From NCBI GenBank assembly GCA_050746725.1, contig JBOGMX010000009.1, forward strand, positions 52,734 through 116,733: DNA of 64,000 nt, written 5' to 3'. The position numbers and the translations under genes were made by a program. The stretch comes from Candidatus Acidiferrales bacterium (lineage in GTDB: Bacteria; Acidobacteriota; Terriglobia; Acidiferrales; UBA7541). Below the pieces are notes generated by a model. It made no database searches. It was not told where the DNA came from and saw only the letters and a program-made list of their open reading frames with translations. Below, one piece after another: positions 26,350 to 36,453 of this stretch (positions are counted from its first letter, which is position 1; each line of letters opens with the position of its first letter).

Positions 26350-27639
26350 ATGAGGATGCTGTTCTACACGCTCGGCATCCTGCTTCTGACGGCCGGACTC
26401 GTGGTCGTGTCGTACCTCGACCGCGTATACCGCGAGCTGGGCCGCGTCTCCGGCAATCGCGTTCATCGCAACCTCAGCAACTTCGAAGCGCAAATTGAGC
26501 CGTTGTTTAAAATGGACCGGCGGCGCGCCGCGATCGTCTTCAGCTTGCTCACGCGGCTCTGGCTCGTCATGGTGGCAGTGCTGACCGCGGGCGGAGTGGT
26601 CACGTTCATTCCATCTGTGTGGGAAGAAACGGTCGAAAGCATTCTTTTTCTCGGAGCGGAAGTGGTGGTCGCGATGCAATTCCTGCCGTCGTTACTGGTG
26701 TCGGGAACGCGCGGAAACTGGATAAAGCCGATCGCGCCGATTGTGCGGCTGCTGGTCTGGATCACGTGGCCGGTCCACGCTGGACTCGATATGGCCGCTT
26801 CCGTATTGCGGCTTTCCGAGGAAGGGCCCAGCGAGCCCGAGGACGAACAACATGGAATCGAGGCGCTCGTCGACGCCGCGACGGAAGAAGGACTGATCGA
26901 GCAGGACGACGCGAGACTGATCGAACAGGTGATCGAGTTCGGCGATAAGCGTGTGAGCGAAGTGATGACGCCGCGGCCGGACATTGTAGCGATCCCGGCA
27001 AAGGCCACACTCGAGGAACTGCGCGAGCGAATTATAGAAACGAAATATTCGCGCCTTCCGGTCTATGAGAAATCACTCGACGAAATCATCGGGATTGCCA
27101 TCGCGCGCGACATGCTGGAAATTTCCGAGAAGGACGCGGCGCGGCGGACGGTGCGCGAGCTGATGCGTCCGGCTCTGTTCGTTCCTGAAACCAAGCTCGG
27201 CTCCGAGCTACTGAAAGAGATGCAGAGCAAAAACCAGCAGATGGCGGTGGTGATCGACGAGTACGGTCTGGTGGCCGGAGTAGTAACCGTCGAGGATTTG
27301 GTTGAAGAAATCGTCGGCGAAATTGGCGAGGAGGATCGGCATCCGGCGCCGGATGCGATCCGCGAGATCGGCGGCGCGATGGTGCTGCGCGGAAGCGTCC
27401 CGTTGGATAAGCTCGCCGAGCTTTTCAACGTGCAACTCGACGTCACGGCGCAGCATGCCACAGCCACGACGGTCGCAGGGCTATTGAACGGGATTGCCGG
27501 ACACGTTCCGGGCGTCGGCGAAATTCTTGAATTCGATGGCCTGCGGTTTGAGGTACTGGAAGCGAACCAGCGCAAAGTACTGCGCGTGCGCGCCACGCAT
27601 GCAGCTGCGAGCGGTGCATCTCCGGGCGTCAAGGCGTGA
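26350..27639 (+). CDS. Hemolysin-family protein (CNNM TM domain, CBS pair, CorC_HlyC domain)
   Basis: N-terminal TM domain, a CBS pair (..VSEVMTPRPDIVAI.. and ..VIDEYGLVAGVVTVEDLVEEIVGEI..), and a C-terminal CorC/HlyC-like domain. Canonical ybeY-corC neighbourhood. Confidence 0.9.
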   Translation: MRMLFYTLGILLLTAGLVVVSYLDRVYRELGRVSGNRVHRNLSNFEAQIEPLFKMDRRRAAIVFSLLTRLWLVMVAVLTAGGVVTFIPSVWEETVESILFLGAEVVVAMQFLPSLLVSGTRGNWIKPIAPIVRLLVWITWPVHAGLDMAASVLRLSEEGPSEPEDEQHGIEALVDAATEEGLIEQDDARLIEQVIEFGDKRVSEVMTPRPDIVAIPAKATLEELRERIIETKYSRLPVYEKSLDEIIGIAIARDMLEISEKDAARRTVRELMRPALFVPETKLGSELLKEMQSKNQQMAVVIDEYGLVAGVVTVEDLVEEIVGEIGEEDRHPAPDAIREIGGAMVLRGSVPLDKLAELFNVQLDVTAQHATATTVAGLLNGIAGHVPGVGEILEFDGLRFEVLEANQRKVLRVRATHAAASGASPGVKA

Positions 27640-27810
27640 GGTTTGCTTTCCCGCGAGGATGTGTGCTACACGTAACAATCGATATTTGAACCGCCTGAGT
27701 AGCGGCCTTCCAGCCCCGTGGAGCAGCTTACCAAACCGGAGCCTTTCAGCCCAGCTAGCTCCGCGAACGCTCAACCAAAAGATCGTGTAAAGCTATAGTT
27801 CCGGCCAACG

Positions 27811-29565
27811 ATGCGTACACGCACCGACATAGGCAGCGCGACATCGCAATCGAGGTGGTTCGTGCCAGCGCGCGCGGATCTGCCGATGTTGGCGGTCATC
27901 TTGGTCGCATATTTCGTTTGCGGGCGGCTGGGGCTGAGTTTGGCGATCATCAACCCGATCGCGAGCCCGGTTTGGCCACCCACCGGGCTGGCTCTGGCTG
28001 CCTTCCTGATCTGGGGCTACCAGATGTGGCCGGCGGTATTCGCCGGTGCGTTTTTCGTGAATCTCGTTCAATTTTCCACCTCGTACCACCTTCATCCAGT
28101 GTCGGCACACGCCCTTGCCGAATCGCTGGCGATTGCGGTCGGCAACACGAGCGAAGGCTTGCTGGCGGCATTTCTGGTGGCGCGATTCGCGAATGGGCGA
28201 AGCGCGTTCGATAAATCGGAAGATGCTCTGCGATTTGCCGCGCTCGGCGGGTTGGTCAGCCCCATCGTGAGCGCAACCATGGGAACGGCCGTGCTGGCAA
28301 TAGGCGGCCTCGCGCAAGGATCAGCGGTCCGAGGCGTTTGGACCACGTGGTGGCTGGGCGACGCCACGGGCGCGCTGATCGTGGCTCCCGCCATACTCCT
28401 CTGGAGTGTGCCTTCGCGCGTGGCGTGGAAAAAGTCGCGCCTTTTCGAGGCAATCGTCCTCGTGGTTTGCCTCTTGGCCGGTTGCGAGGTGGTGATATTC
28501 GCGGGCAATCGATCCCGTCCGGAGATGCTTCCGCTTTTATTTTTGTGCTTCCCGTTCCTGTTATGGCCCGCGATTCGCTTCGGGCAGCGCGAAGCGGCAA
28601 GTTCGGTGCTGGTCCTATCGTTCCTCGCCGTATTGGGAAGTATGCCGGGGCGGCGATTAATTCCCGAAGTGTCGTTGAACGTTTCATTCCTGATGCTGCA
28701 AATTTTCATTGCATCTATGGGCGTGACGGCTCTCGTGGTGGCGGCCGCCATCAGCGAGCGGCGCAGCGCGGCCACGGCGCTCACAAACACCTTGGACATG
28801 CTTGAAGAGACCGTCAGCTATCGAACCAAGGAACTGCGCGACCTTTCCGGGCGATTGCTCCGTCTGCAGGATGAAGAACGGCGCCGGCTGGCGCGCGAAT
28901 TTCACGACAGTACGGCGCAGAAGGTGGTAGCGATCGGCATCAACGTTGCCGTCGCCCATCAGGAGGCGAGCCAGTTGAGCGACGATGCGCAGAAAGCTTT
29001 GCGAGAATGCCTTCAGCTGGTGGACGAAACCAGCCGCGAGATCCGCACGATTTCCTACGTACTGCATCCACCGCTGCTCGATGATGCGGGCTTGGCCATC
29101 GCTCTACGGTCCTTGGCCGAGGGCTTTTCAAAGCGCAGCGGAATCTCCGTGGCGACTGAAATTCCCGAAGACTGGCCGCGCGCGGGCGCCGATGGAGAAC
29201 TGGCATTGTTCCGAGTTGCGCAGGAATGCCTTGGCAACATCCAAAGGCATTCGGGCAGCCCATCGGCGCGAATGTCCCTTGCTGACTCCGATGGGATGAT
29301 CACGCTGGAAGTGGAAGACCACGGCAAGGGCATCCCGAGGGAGACGCTCGACGGCGGGGTAAATGGTGCGCTGGGAGTTGGCATCGGCGGAATGCGCGAG
29401 CGCTTGCGGCAACTTGGCGGCACACTCGAGATTCGGTCGGATAGGTCGGGCACGTTGATCCGGGCTAAGCTGCCCAAAGCTGAAAGGGAGCCGAGTGCAC
29501 GGCGAGCGCCCGACGATGGCACGACTAATGGTGTGCTTTCAGAAAAGAGTGAATTAGGCGATTAG
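27811..29565 (+). CDS. MASE1-domain sensor histidine kinase (HisKA_3 / NarX-LiaS type)
   Basis: Polytopic MASE1-like N-terminus, a coiled coil, the H-box FHDSTAQKVV, and an ATPase domain with GVGIGGMRERLRQLGGTLEI. Confidence 0.85.
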   Translation: MRTRTDIGSATSQSRWFVPARADLPMLAVILVAYFVCGRLGLSLAIINPIASPVWPPTGLALAAFLIWGYQMWPAVFAGAFFVNLVQFSTSYHLHPVSAHALAESLAIAVGNTSEGLLAAFLVARFANGRSAFDKSEDALRFAALGGLVSPIVSATMGTAVLAIGGLAQGSAVRGVWTTWWLGDATGALIVAPAILLWSVPSRVAWKKSRLFEAIVLVVCLLAGCEVVIFAGNRSRPEMLPLLFLCFPFLLWPAIRFGQREAASSVLVLSFLAVLGSMPGRRLIPEVSLNVSFLMLQIFIASMGVTALVVAAAISERRSAATALTNTLDMLEETVSYRTKELRDLSGRLLRLQDEERRRLAREFHDSTAQKVVAIGINVAVAHQEASQLSDDAQKALRECLQLVDETSREIRTISYVLHPPLLDDAGLAIALRSLAEGFSKRSGISVATEIPEDWPRAGADGELALFRVAQECLGNIQRHSGSPSARMSLADSDGMITLEVEDHGKGIPRETLDGGVNGALGVGIGGMRERLRQLGGTLEIRSDRSGTLIRAKLPKAEREPSARRAPDDGTTNGVLSEKSELGD

Positions 29566-29836
29566 ATTTCCGCGCGCCAGACTGGCGCCGATCGAATGCG
29601 TCAAGGTCACGTCCTCGCCTGCAACGTCCATCTCGAAGTCGCCAATACAGTCAGGAATGCCCTGCGCGTCGTTGAGGCCGTATTCGGCAGGGGAGCTAGA
29701 ATCCGCCCGATCCAAGCGCACGCAAAATTGACGCCTGGTTAGCTCTTCAGCCGATTCGCACCTTCCTTGATAGCCACTTCGCGCGGGGCCGGGCCGAAGC
29801 GCTGCGCGATTGGATGCGCTTAGAGCAAAACGGCAG

Positions 29837-30868
29837 TTACGCCGTGACGCTGATTTCGTGCTCTACGGCGGCGAGAACACGTTCCACCGAAAGCGCGAGC
29901 ATCGCTGGCGAGTAGGAATCCTGCCGGATGTAGTCGCCGCGAACGTAGTCAGGAAGCTGCGACGGGTCGGAGGCGGCCTGCACCACTAGCCCACGCGGAA
30001 GAGGTCCGTTGCGCGCCGGATCGGTCGAGCCGAAAAGTCCGACCACGGGCTTTCCGAGTGCTGCTGCGAGGTGTAAAGGACCAGTGTCTCCCGCGATCAC
30101 CAGCCGCGCCCGCGCGAGAAGCGCGGCCAGTTCGGGAATAGAGAACGAGAGCGCCGAGACCTTCACCGGGGTCGCGACGCGAGCGATTTCGCGCGCCATG
30201 TCTGCCTCGCTAGGAGCAATATTCACAACCGACGGCAGATTGTAGCTGCGGAAAATTGCGGCAGCCAGCGCGCCAAAACGTTCGGGAGGCCAACATTTCG
30301 ATTTCCAGCCGCCACCGGGGCTGATGACGACGTACGGACCGGCAATGCCTTCGCTTTCGAGCTTCTCGCGCACCGCATTCAGCGCCGCTAGCGGTACGCG
30401 AAGCGGAAACTGCGGCTCAGGCTGCGGCTTCGCCCCGGCCCGTGCGGCCAGGTCGACCGTCATATCGACGATATGCCTGCCAGCCGGCACCACGCGATCC
30501 GTGTAAAACAGGGCCGCGCCGGGTTCACGAGTTGCCACAGCGGCGCGACCGATACGGCGCGGAGCGCCGGAGAGCCATCCGAGGGCGGCGGAGCGATAGC
30601 GCCCCTGGAGGTCGAGAGCGCATGTGTAATGCGCGCGCCGAAGTCGCGCGATCAGGGACAACACGTCGCGCGGAGAACGATCGAGAGGAATCGCGCGATC
30701 GATGCAGGTGACTAGCTCGATCAGCGGCGACCAGCGGCGATCGACGACCCAATCGATCTGTGCGGTGGGGAATGAATCACGCAGTGCGGCCACGGCGGGA
30801 ATCGTATGCACCAAGTCGCCCAGGGAGCTGAGCCGTACGATTAAAAACCTTTGCTCGGATGAATTCAT
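29837..30868 (-). CDS. Glycosyltransferase family 9 (LPS heptosyltransferase-like)
   Basis: FLIVRLSSLGDLVHTIPAVAALRDSFP and the C-terminal GDTGPLHLAAALGKPVVGLFG motif. Confidence 0.85.
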   Translation of the reverse strand: MNSSEQRFLIVRLSSLGDLVHTIPAVAALRDSFPTAQIDWVVDRRWSPLIELVTCIDRAIPLDRSPRDVLSLIARLRRAHYTCALDLQGRYRSAALGWLSGAPRRIGRAAVATREPGAALFYTDRVVPAGRHIVDMTVDLAARAGAKPQPEPQFPLRVPLAALNAVREKLESEGIAGPYVVISPGGGWKSKCWPPERFGALAAAIFRSYNLPSVVNIAPSEADMAREIARVATPVKVSALSFSIPELAALLARARLVIAGDTGPLHLAAALGKPVVGLFGSTDPARNGPLPRGLVVQAASDPSQLPDYVRGDYIRQDSYSPAMLALSVERVLAAVEHEISVTA

Positions 30869-30964
30869 CAGAGGCGTCGCGAGCTATCCTACGAAATTTC
30901 GCGACCTGAGGCTATGGCAAGCCGCTCGCTATTCCGATGGATTATGAATCGGGGCAATGGCAAA

Positions 30965-31636
30965 TCACATCCGGACTGAATCTTGCGGTCGATCTTCGCG
31001 CGTACGGCGACCAGTACCGAACAACTGCTTCATCGACGCGGACAGCCGATGCCGGAAGATGGCGAGGCGCTGATTGCTTGTATCGTTCACCCAATTGAAT
31101 TGGATTACACGGCGCTCTCCATGGAACGGCAAGTGGCCGTGCCATGAATGATCGCAGCGCAGAAAGGCCACAAGCGTCCCGCCCGAGGGCGGAACTTCGG
31201 CGGCGAAATTTTCGATGTCGTCGCGAGAGCGCAACAGACGAAGCCGGCCCCCGGAACCATCCCACTCGGAATTGACGTACAGCAGCACGGTGATGATCTT
31301 GCTGGCGGAATCGCAATGGATGTTGCCATCGCGCGCGCCGCAGCGGCCACGCGCGGTGATCGTCGTCGGCCGATTCGAAAGGTCGATGCCAAATTTTTCC
31401 TCAAAGGCTTTGCGGAACTCGGCCGATTCCAGCGCATCAACCAGATCTCGAAATCCGGGTCCGAATTTTAACGAATCGAGAGGAAAGCTGCCAGTTTGTT
31501 CGATTTGCGGATAATCGGAATTCAGTCGCCGCAGCCCAGCCTGTTTAACGAAGCCTGGAAGAATTAGATATTCGTACGGGTCGCGCACCAGCGGCGCGTC
31601 ACGAAACGCTTCGAGATCGAGGATATCGTTAACCAT
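30965..31636 (-). CDS. 2OG-Fe(II) oxygenase-family protein
   Basis: HCD (H-x-D) at ..GNIHCDSASKIITVLLY.., GGRLRLL, and a distal His in ..CDHSWHGH... This is the double-stranded beta-helix hydroxylase pattern. Confidence 0.65.
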   Translation of the reverse strand: MVNDILDLEAFRDAPLVRDPYEYLILPGFVKQAGLRRLNSDYPQIEQTGSFPLDSLKFGPGFRDLVDALESAEFRKAFEEKFGIDLSNRPTTITARGRCGARDGNIHCDSASKIITVLLYVNSEWDGSGGRLRLLRSRDDIENFAAEVPPSGGTLVAFLRCDHSWHGHLPFHGERRVIQFNWVNDTSNQRLAIFRHRLSASMKQLFGTGRRTREDRPQDSVRM

Positions 31637-31816
31637 GCGGCCAGACTCACAACGTAGCCTGCGGATAGGTCGCTGTCAATAACGATGAGAGGGAGGATGA
31701 AGGGCGCGTAGGTGGGACGGGCTGAAACCCGGATTTACTATTTCGCAGCCGCGCTGAGCGTGTGGCGTGGTGGCGGCGCGGACGGATGGTATTCTGTTTG
31801 CTTCTTGGAGAGCGGA

Positions 31817-32707
31817 GTGAGCGAGACGGCTACCTCGGCATCGGAAACACCCGGCGCCACCGGCGTGGAAAAGCGCCGGAGCACGCGAGTGGTGCGCGCC
31901 GTGCCCATCATTGTGGTGGGCACAGATGCCCTCGGCCAGCCTTTCCGCGAATCCACCAGCACCATGATGGTGGACTGCTACGGGTGCAAGTTCCAGTCTC
32001 GCAACTATGCCCCTAAACACTCGACCGTGATGGTCGAAGTTTTCCATGCGCCCGGCTGGGACCGTCGCGTGGTCCGCGGAAAAGTGGTGTGGGTGCAGCG
32101 GCCGCGCACTCACCGCGAAAATTACCAAATCGCGATCGAGCTGGAAGTACCCGGAAACGTCTGGGGCCTGTCGCCTCCACCCGCCGATTGGTTCGTACAC
32201 CCGGACGATAAGGTTCCAGCGCCGATTGAGGTCTCCGATCCGGAGCCGATCGATGGCGCCGCCTACACTCCGGCCGAAACCGAACTCGACGTTGTGACAA
32301 AGCCCGAGCTAGCCTTGGAGAGCCTTTCCGCTCCTCGCGACCTCGGTACCAGAAGCCTAGAAGCGGACGATGAAGCTATCAGCCAGGCTGAACTTGAGCC
32401 CGAGGTGGAAGAATTCGTCTTCTCGCGCGAACACCTCGATGGACAAATCCAGGAGGCGATTGGGAAAACTCTGCGGATGATGATCGAGCGCGCCGCCGAG
32501 GCTGCCGTGCGAGACTTACTCCAGGATCTATCCGAACGGACCGTTGCCCTTGTGGAGGCAGCGCGCAGAATCTCCGAGGAGGCGGCTGAAGAAGTCGACG
32601 CAAAGCTACGAAGTGTCCTTGACGAGACGGTGAGATCTCTGCACATCGAGCTGCCAAAGCCCGGAATTTATAAGCGGCGTCGGAAAGGTTCCAGGCGGGA
32701 ATCCTGA
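31817..32707 (+). CDS. PilZ-domain protein with an acidic C-terminal extension
   Basis: KRRSTRVVRAVPIIV..G....F...T..MVDCYGCKFQS (RxxxR ... D/NxSxxG-like PilZ pattern). Start uncertain: GTG at 31817 follows GGAGAGCGGA, and the track ORF begins at 31712. Confidence 0.6.
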   Translation: MSETATSASETPGATGVEKRRSTRVVRAVPIIVVGTDALGQPFRESTSTMMVDCYGCKFQSRNYAPKHSTVMVEVFHAPGWDRRVVRGKVVWVQRPRTHRENYQIAIELEVPGNVWGLSPPPADWFVHPDDKVPAPIEVSDPEPIDGAAYTPAETELDVVTKPELALESLSAPRDLGTRSLEADDEAISQAELEPEVEEFVFSREHLDGQIQEAIGKTLRMMIERAAEAAVRDLLQDLSERTVALVEAARRISEEAAEEVDAKLRSVLDETVRSLHIELPKPGIYKRRRKGSRRES

Positions 32708-32909
32708 CACCCTGCCGCGCAGCGTCGTACAGCGAACAATCGAGTCGCCCGCACTACCGATTCATGGCCCGGGGAAAAATTGTGTCAGTGGAGGCAGCAC
32801 ATTCCACACCAGCAGCATCTGAGGCCTTTGACCCACGATGGGGCCTATGCTATAGCTAGAGTTGGGCCCGGTTCAGACACTTTTCTGAGGAGCACTTAAA
32901 ATTTCAGGC

Positions 32910-33605
32910 TTGGCGCTTCTTCTGTTTGCCAGCCCGGTCACTCTGCTGGAGCAGACTACCGGCGTTGCGCGAGTTATCTTGGGCATCTTGCTATTCCTTT
33001 CCATTTTTTCCTGGGCGTTGATCCTCCAAAAATTCTCTCAGCTCACCGGCCTAGATCAAAAGACGGCGCGCTTTTTGCAGATGTTCCGATCCGGCCGCGG
33101 ACTTGCCGATCCGAACACGCTGCGGGCCGGCGCGGGCACTACACCGCTTGTGGCCGTGTATGCCGCCGGCTACCGGGAGTTCGAGGCCCAGCTCGGCACC
33201 GCTCACGCGCACTCGTCGACGGCGACAGCCACGAAACTGCGAAACGCGAGCGCCGTCGGAGTGGAAATGCAGGTAGCGGCAGGCGAAGAGGTTCGACGCC
33301 TTGAAAAAGGCATGTCGACTCTCGCGACCATTGCTTCCGTTTCCCCGTTTATCGGGCTTTTCGGCACGGTTTGGGGCGTAATGGACGCCTTTGTGGGGCT
33401 CGGTGAAGCCGGAACGGCGAGCCTGCGAGCAGTCGCACCCGGAATCGCGGAAGCTTTGATCACTACCGCTGCGGGCCTATTCGCGGCGATACCCGCCCTG
33501 ATCGCTTACAACCATTACCTTCACGGCATCCGTAACCTGGCGACGCGGATGACCGATTTCGCCTCTGAGTTCGTGGCGAAGATCGAGACGCTGTACACGT
33601 CCTAG
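32910..33605 (+). CDS. tolQ: Tol-Pal system protein TolQ (MotA/TolQ/ExbB proton channel)
   Basis: Three TM segments and the conserved LATIASVSPFIGLFGTVWGVM and APGIAEALITTAAGL motifs. First gene of the tolQRAB-pal-ybgF array. Confidence 0.85.
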   Translation: MALLLFASPVTLLEQTTGVARVILGILLFLSIFSWALILQKFSQLTGLDQKTARFLQMFRSGRGLADPNTLRAGAGTTPLVAVYAAGYREFEAQLGTAHAHSSTATATKLRNASAVGVEMQVAAGEEVRRLEKGMSTLATIASVSPFIGLFGTVWGVMDAFVGLGEAGTASLRAVAPGIAEALITTAAGLFAAIPALIAYNHYLHGIRNLATRMTDFASEFVAKIETLYTS

Positions 33606-33614
33606 GGACCTCCC

Positions 33615-34025
33615 ATGCCGCAAATTCAACGCGAGACCGGCACCTCACTATCTGAAATCAACATGGTGCCCTTCATCGACGTGGTGCTGGTGCTGCTGAT
33701 TATCTTCATGATCACCGCGCCGGTGCTGCAATCGGGCATCGATGTCGACGTGCCGAAGACCAAGACCGTGAAGGAATTGACGCAAGTTCGCATGGTCGTG
33801 ACGATCGATCGCGGGCAGCGTGTCTATCTGGACGACAAGCCGGTGAATATCCACGAGCTTGGCAAGCAGATCCTGGCGAAATCACACGACGCTAAAAATC
33901 AGTCTGTGTACGTCCGCTGCGACCAGACCGTGCCTTTCGGAAGTTGGGCCACGGTCGTGGACGCGCTGCGGCAGGCCGGGATTCAAAACATTAGCGTCGT
34001 CACTCAGCCGCTGAACGGGCGATGA
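33615..34025 (+). CDS. tolR: Tol-Pal system protein TolR (ExbD family)
   Basis: EINMVPFIDVVLVLLIIFMITAP with the conserved Asp in the TM segment. Confidence 0.85.
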   Translation: MPQIQRETGTSLSEINMVPFIDVVLVLLIIFMITAPVLQSGIDVDVPKTKTVKELTQVRMVVTIDRGQRVYLDDKPVNIHELGKQILAKSHDAKNQSVYVRCDQTVPFGSWATVVDALRQAGIQNISVVTQPLNGR

Positions 34026-34026
34026 C

Positions 34027-34869
34027 ATGGCTTCCGTGGCAGCAGTTCGGCCGGACGACACGCTCAAACGATTTGTAACGTACTCGATTTTTTTGCATTG
34101 CGCATTGGGAGTGCTGGTGGTCTTTTCGGCATATTTTTCGCGGCCGGGAGAAAATTGGGGCGGGCCTGGAGGGGCGGTGTCGGTAGGATTAGTCGGAAGC
34201 GTTCCGGCCATTCCGCTGCCGCGACCTGAAGTTCAGAGCCCGAACCGCGTGGTGGACAACACCAAGGGGCTCTTCAAAGCCAAACCGACCCCGCTACCAA
34301 AGCCCACGCCGGACGCCGTCCCGATTCCTAAGTTTCGGAATAACAAGCCGCCGAAATACGTCCCGCGACCGAAGGAATTACAGAGCCTAACGCCACCTGA
34401 ACCCAAGTACGTAACGCGTCCCTCCAAGATTCTTGAGAACAAGATTCCACCTCCGCCAAACGCGGTTCCCTACGGTGCGGGCGGCGCGCCGCAAGTGCCC
34501 ACTACGTCGTTTGCCATGGGAAATACCGGCTCCACGGCTGCGGGAATGAGCTTTGGCGGCGCGCAAAGCGGCAATTTCGGCGCTCGCTTCCCGTGGTACG
34601 TGCAAGCAGTGCAGCGGCGAATCAGCAGTAATTGGCTGCAATCGACGGTCGATCCCAGCGTGGCGTACGCGCCGCGCGTAATCGTAACATTCACAATTTT
34701 GCGCAACGGGACCATCACCAACATTCAGATCCAGCGGTCGAGCAACATCGGCTCGGTTGATACCTCGGCCGTTCGAGCAATTCAGTCCTCCAGTCCCGTG
34801 CAACAGTTGCCACCGGGATATTCCGGCTCGGAGGTAAACGTGCAGTTTTGGTTCGATTTTCATCGATGA
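34027..34869 (+). CDS. TolA-like / TonB C-terminal domain energy-transducer protein
   Basis: N-terminal TM, a Pro/Lys-rich spacer (KPTPLPKPTPDAVPIPK..), and a TonB_C-like end (YVQAVQRRISSNW..VTFTILRNGTITNIQIQRSS). The position between tolR and tolB suggests the TolA role. Confidence 0.7.
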   Translation: MASVAAVRPDDTLKRFVTYSIFLHCALGVLVVFSAYFSRPGENWGGPGGAVSVGLVGSVPAIPLPRPEVQSPNRVVDNTKGLFKAKPTPLPKPTPDAVPIPKFRNNKPPKYVPRPKELQSLTPPEPKYVTRPSKILENKIPPPPNAVPYGAGGAPQVPTTSFAMGNTGSTAAGMSFGGAQSGNFGARFPWYVQAVQRRISSNWLQSTVDPSVAYAPRVIVTFTILRNGTITNIQIQRSSNIGSVDTSAVRAIQSSSPVQQLPPGYSGSEVNVQFWFDFHR

Positions 34870-34910
34870 TTCACCAGCCGTACTCACAAAGATTGCGAAG
34901 GCTTCCATAC

Positions 34911-36260
34911 ATGACACGAAGAATAGCGGTATTCGCGGTGATTGCAGTTGCAGCGGCGGGGATGGTACTCGGCACGGCTCGTTGTGCGTTCGCGCAGGAT
35001 TGGTTTTCGACGGGGACCGGACTCGGCGTTTCGAAAGTGCGCTTGGCAGTCCCGGAAACGCCGGCGCGGACGCCTACGGCTCAGCCGTTCGCCAAGACTT
35101 TTCACGACGTTCTGTGGGCGGACCTGAACTACTCCGGAATCGTCGCTATGGTGAGCGAGAGCTTTTATCCGCTCTCAATACCGAGTCAGCCGAGCGAGCT
35201 GAATGCGCAGCAGTGGTCTGCCGCGCCAGCCAACTCCTACATGGTCGCCTATGGCAATCTGACTATGACAGGCGCAAATCTCTCGTTCGCAGGGTACCTC
35301 TCGGACGTGCACACCCAAACCGCCACAACCGCGCTCCAAAAAATCTACCAGCAACCCGCGACTGACGAAGGTGCGAGGGAATTGGCGCATCAGTTCGCCG
35401 ACGATATCGTTTCGCTTTTGAGCGGTGGCCAACCCGGAATCGCCCAAACCAAAATCGCTTACGTGAGCGCACATAACGGCGACAAAGAAATCTGGGAGAT
35501 GGATTACGATGGCGCAAATCAACATCAGCTCACGCACCTGCGCTCAATTTCGCTCACCCCGCGCTGGTCTCCGGACGGCTCGCGAATCGCGTTTACTTGC
35601 TACGTTCCATATCGCGGCGCGCCATCGGCGCAGATTTGCTTATATTCCACGGTTTCCAACCGAATGATCGCGTTTCCGCATTATCCAGGCACGAACAGTT
35701 CTCCGGCATGGTCGCCGAACGGAACGCAGCTCGCGTTCATGTCCAGCCGCAGGGGCGGGACGCAAATCTACGTCTCCAATGCGGATGGCACGCACATGCA
35801 GCAAATCACGTACGCGGCGGGGGTGAACACGTCTCCTGTCTTTAATCCGAAGACTGGGCAACAAATTGTTTTCGTCAGCGATCGGGCCGGCGATCCCGCG
35901 CTGTACCTGGCGAATTCAGACGGCTCCAATGTCCAGAAGATCGATCTTCCGGACATGGGGTACGTCGTCGACCCGGCGTGGTCACCAAATGGACAATTGC
36001 TCGCATTTAGTTGGCGCAGACCGACCGGAAACTACGATATTTACGTCATGGACATCGTGAGCCACCAACTGGTGGAGCTGACCAAGGACGAAGGACGCAA
36101 CGAACGCCCCAGCTGGGCGCCGGACGGAAGACACATTGCGTTTGAATCAACTCGCACCGGAAGGAACGAGGTCTGGACGATGCTGGCCGATGGCAGCCAG
36201 CCCCGGGAATTGACGTTTCGAGGCGAGAACGAATCGCCCAATTGGTCGCCCAACCATTAG
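34911..36260 (+). CDS. tolB: Tol-Pal system beta-propeller protein TolB
   Basis: Signal peptide MTRRIAVFAVIAVAAAGMVLGTARCAFA. Repeated WSPDGSRIAF / WSPNGTQLAF / WSPNGQLLAF / WAPDGRHIAF blades. Confidence 0.9.
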   Translation: MTRRIAVFAVIAVAAAGMVLGTARCAFAQDWFSTGTGLGVSKVRLAVPETPARTPTAQPFAKTFHDVLWADLNYSGIVAMVSESFYPLSIPSQPSELNAQQWSAAPANSYMVAYGNLTMTGANLSFAGYLSDVHTQTATTALQKIYQQPATDEGARELAHQFADDIVSLLSGGQPGIAQTKIAYVSAHNGDKEIWEMDYDGANQHQLTHLRSISLTPRWSPDGSRIAFTCYVPYRGAPSAQICLYSTVSNRMIAFPHYPGTNSSPAWSPNGTQLAFMSSRRGGTQIYVSNADGTHMQQITYAAGVNTSPVFNPKTGQQIVFVSDRAGDPALYLANSDGSNVQKIDLPDMGYVVDPAWSPNGQLLAFSWRRPTGNYDIYVMDIVSHQLVELTKDEGRNERPSWAPDGRHIAFESTRTGRNEVWTMLADGSQPRELTFRGENESPNWSPNH

Positions 36261-36267
36261 CGGCGGC

Positions 36268-36304
36268 AGCGCTTTTCGCGCGGCGTGGCGCGCGAAAAAG
36301 CGCT
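36268..36304 (+). other. 15-bp stem-loop between tolB and pal
   Basis: AGCGCTTTTCGCGCG - GCGTGG - CGCGCGAAAAAGCGCT with one bulged A. Only a short U stretch follows, so it is not a canonical terminator. Confidence 0.4.
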
Positions 36305-36453
36305 TTCGGATTCCTCGCGTGTAGTAGGGGAGGAAGCAGTTGTGCGGTGTGTTTCGAAGTGTTAGGCGAATCTGGGTAGGATTCGATTACTTGAAAATTT
36401 AATCTCGGGCACTTCCGTTAAGCCCTCGCGGAAGTCCGAAGGAGAGAACTACA

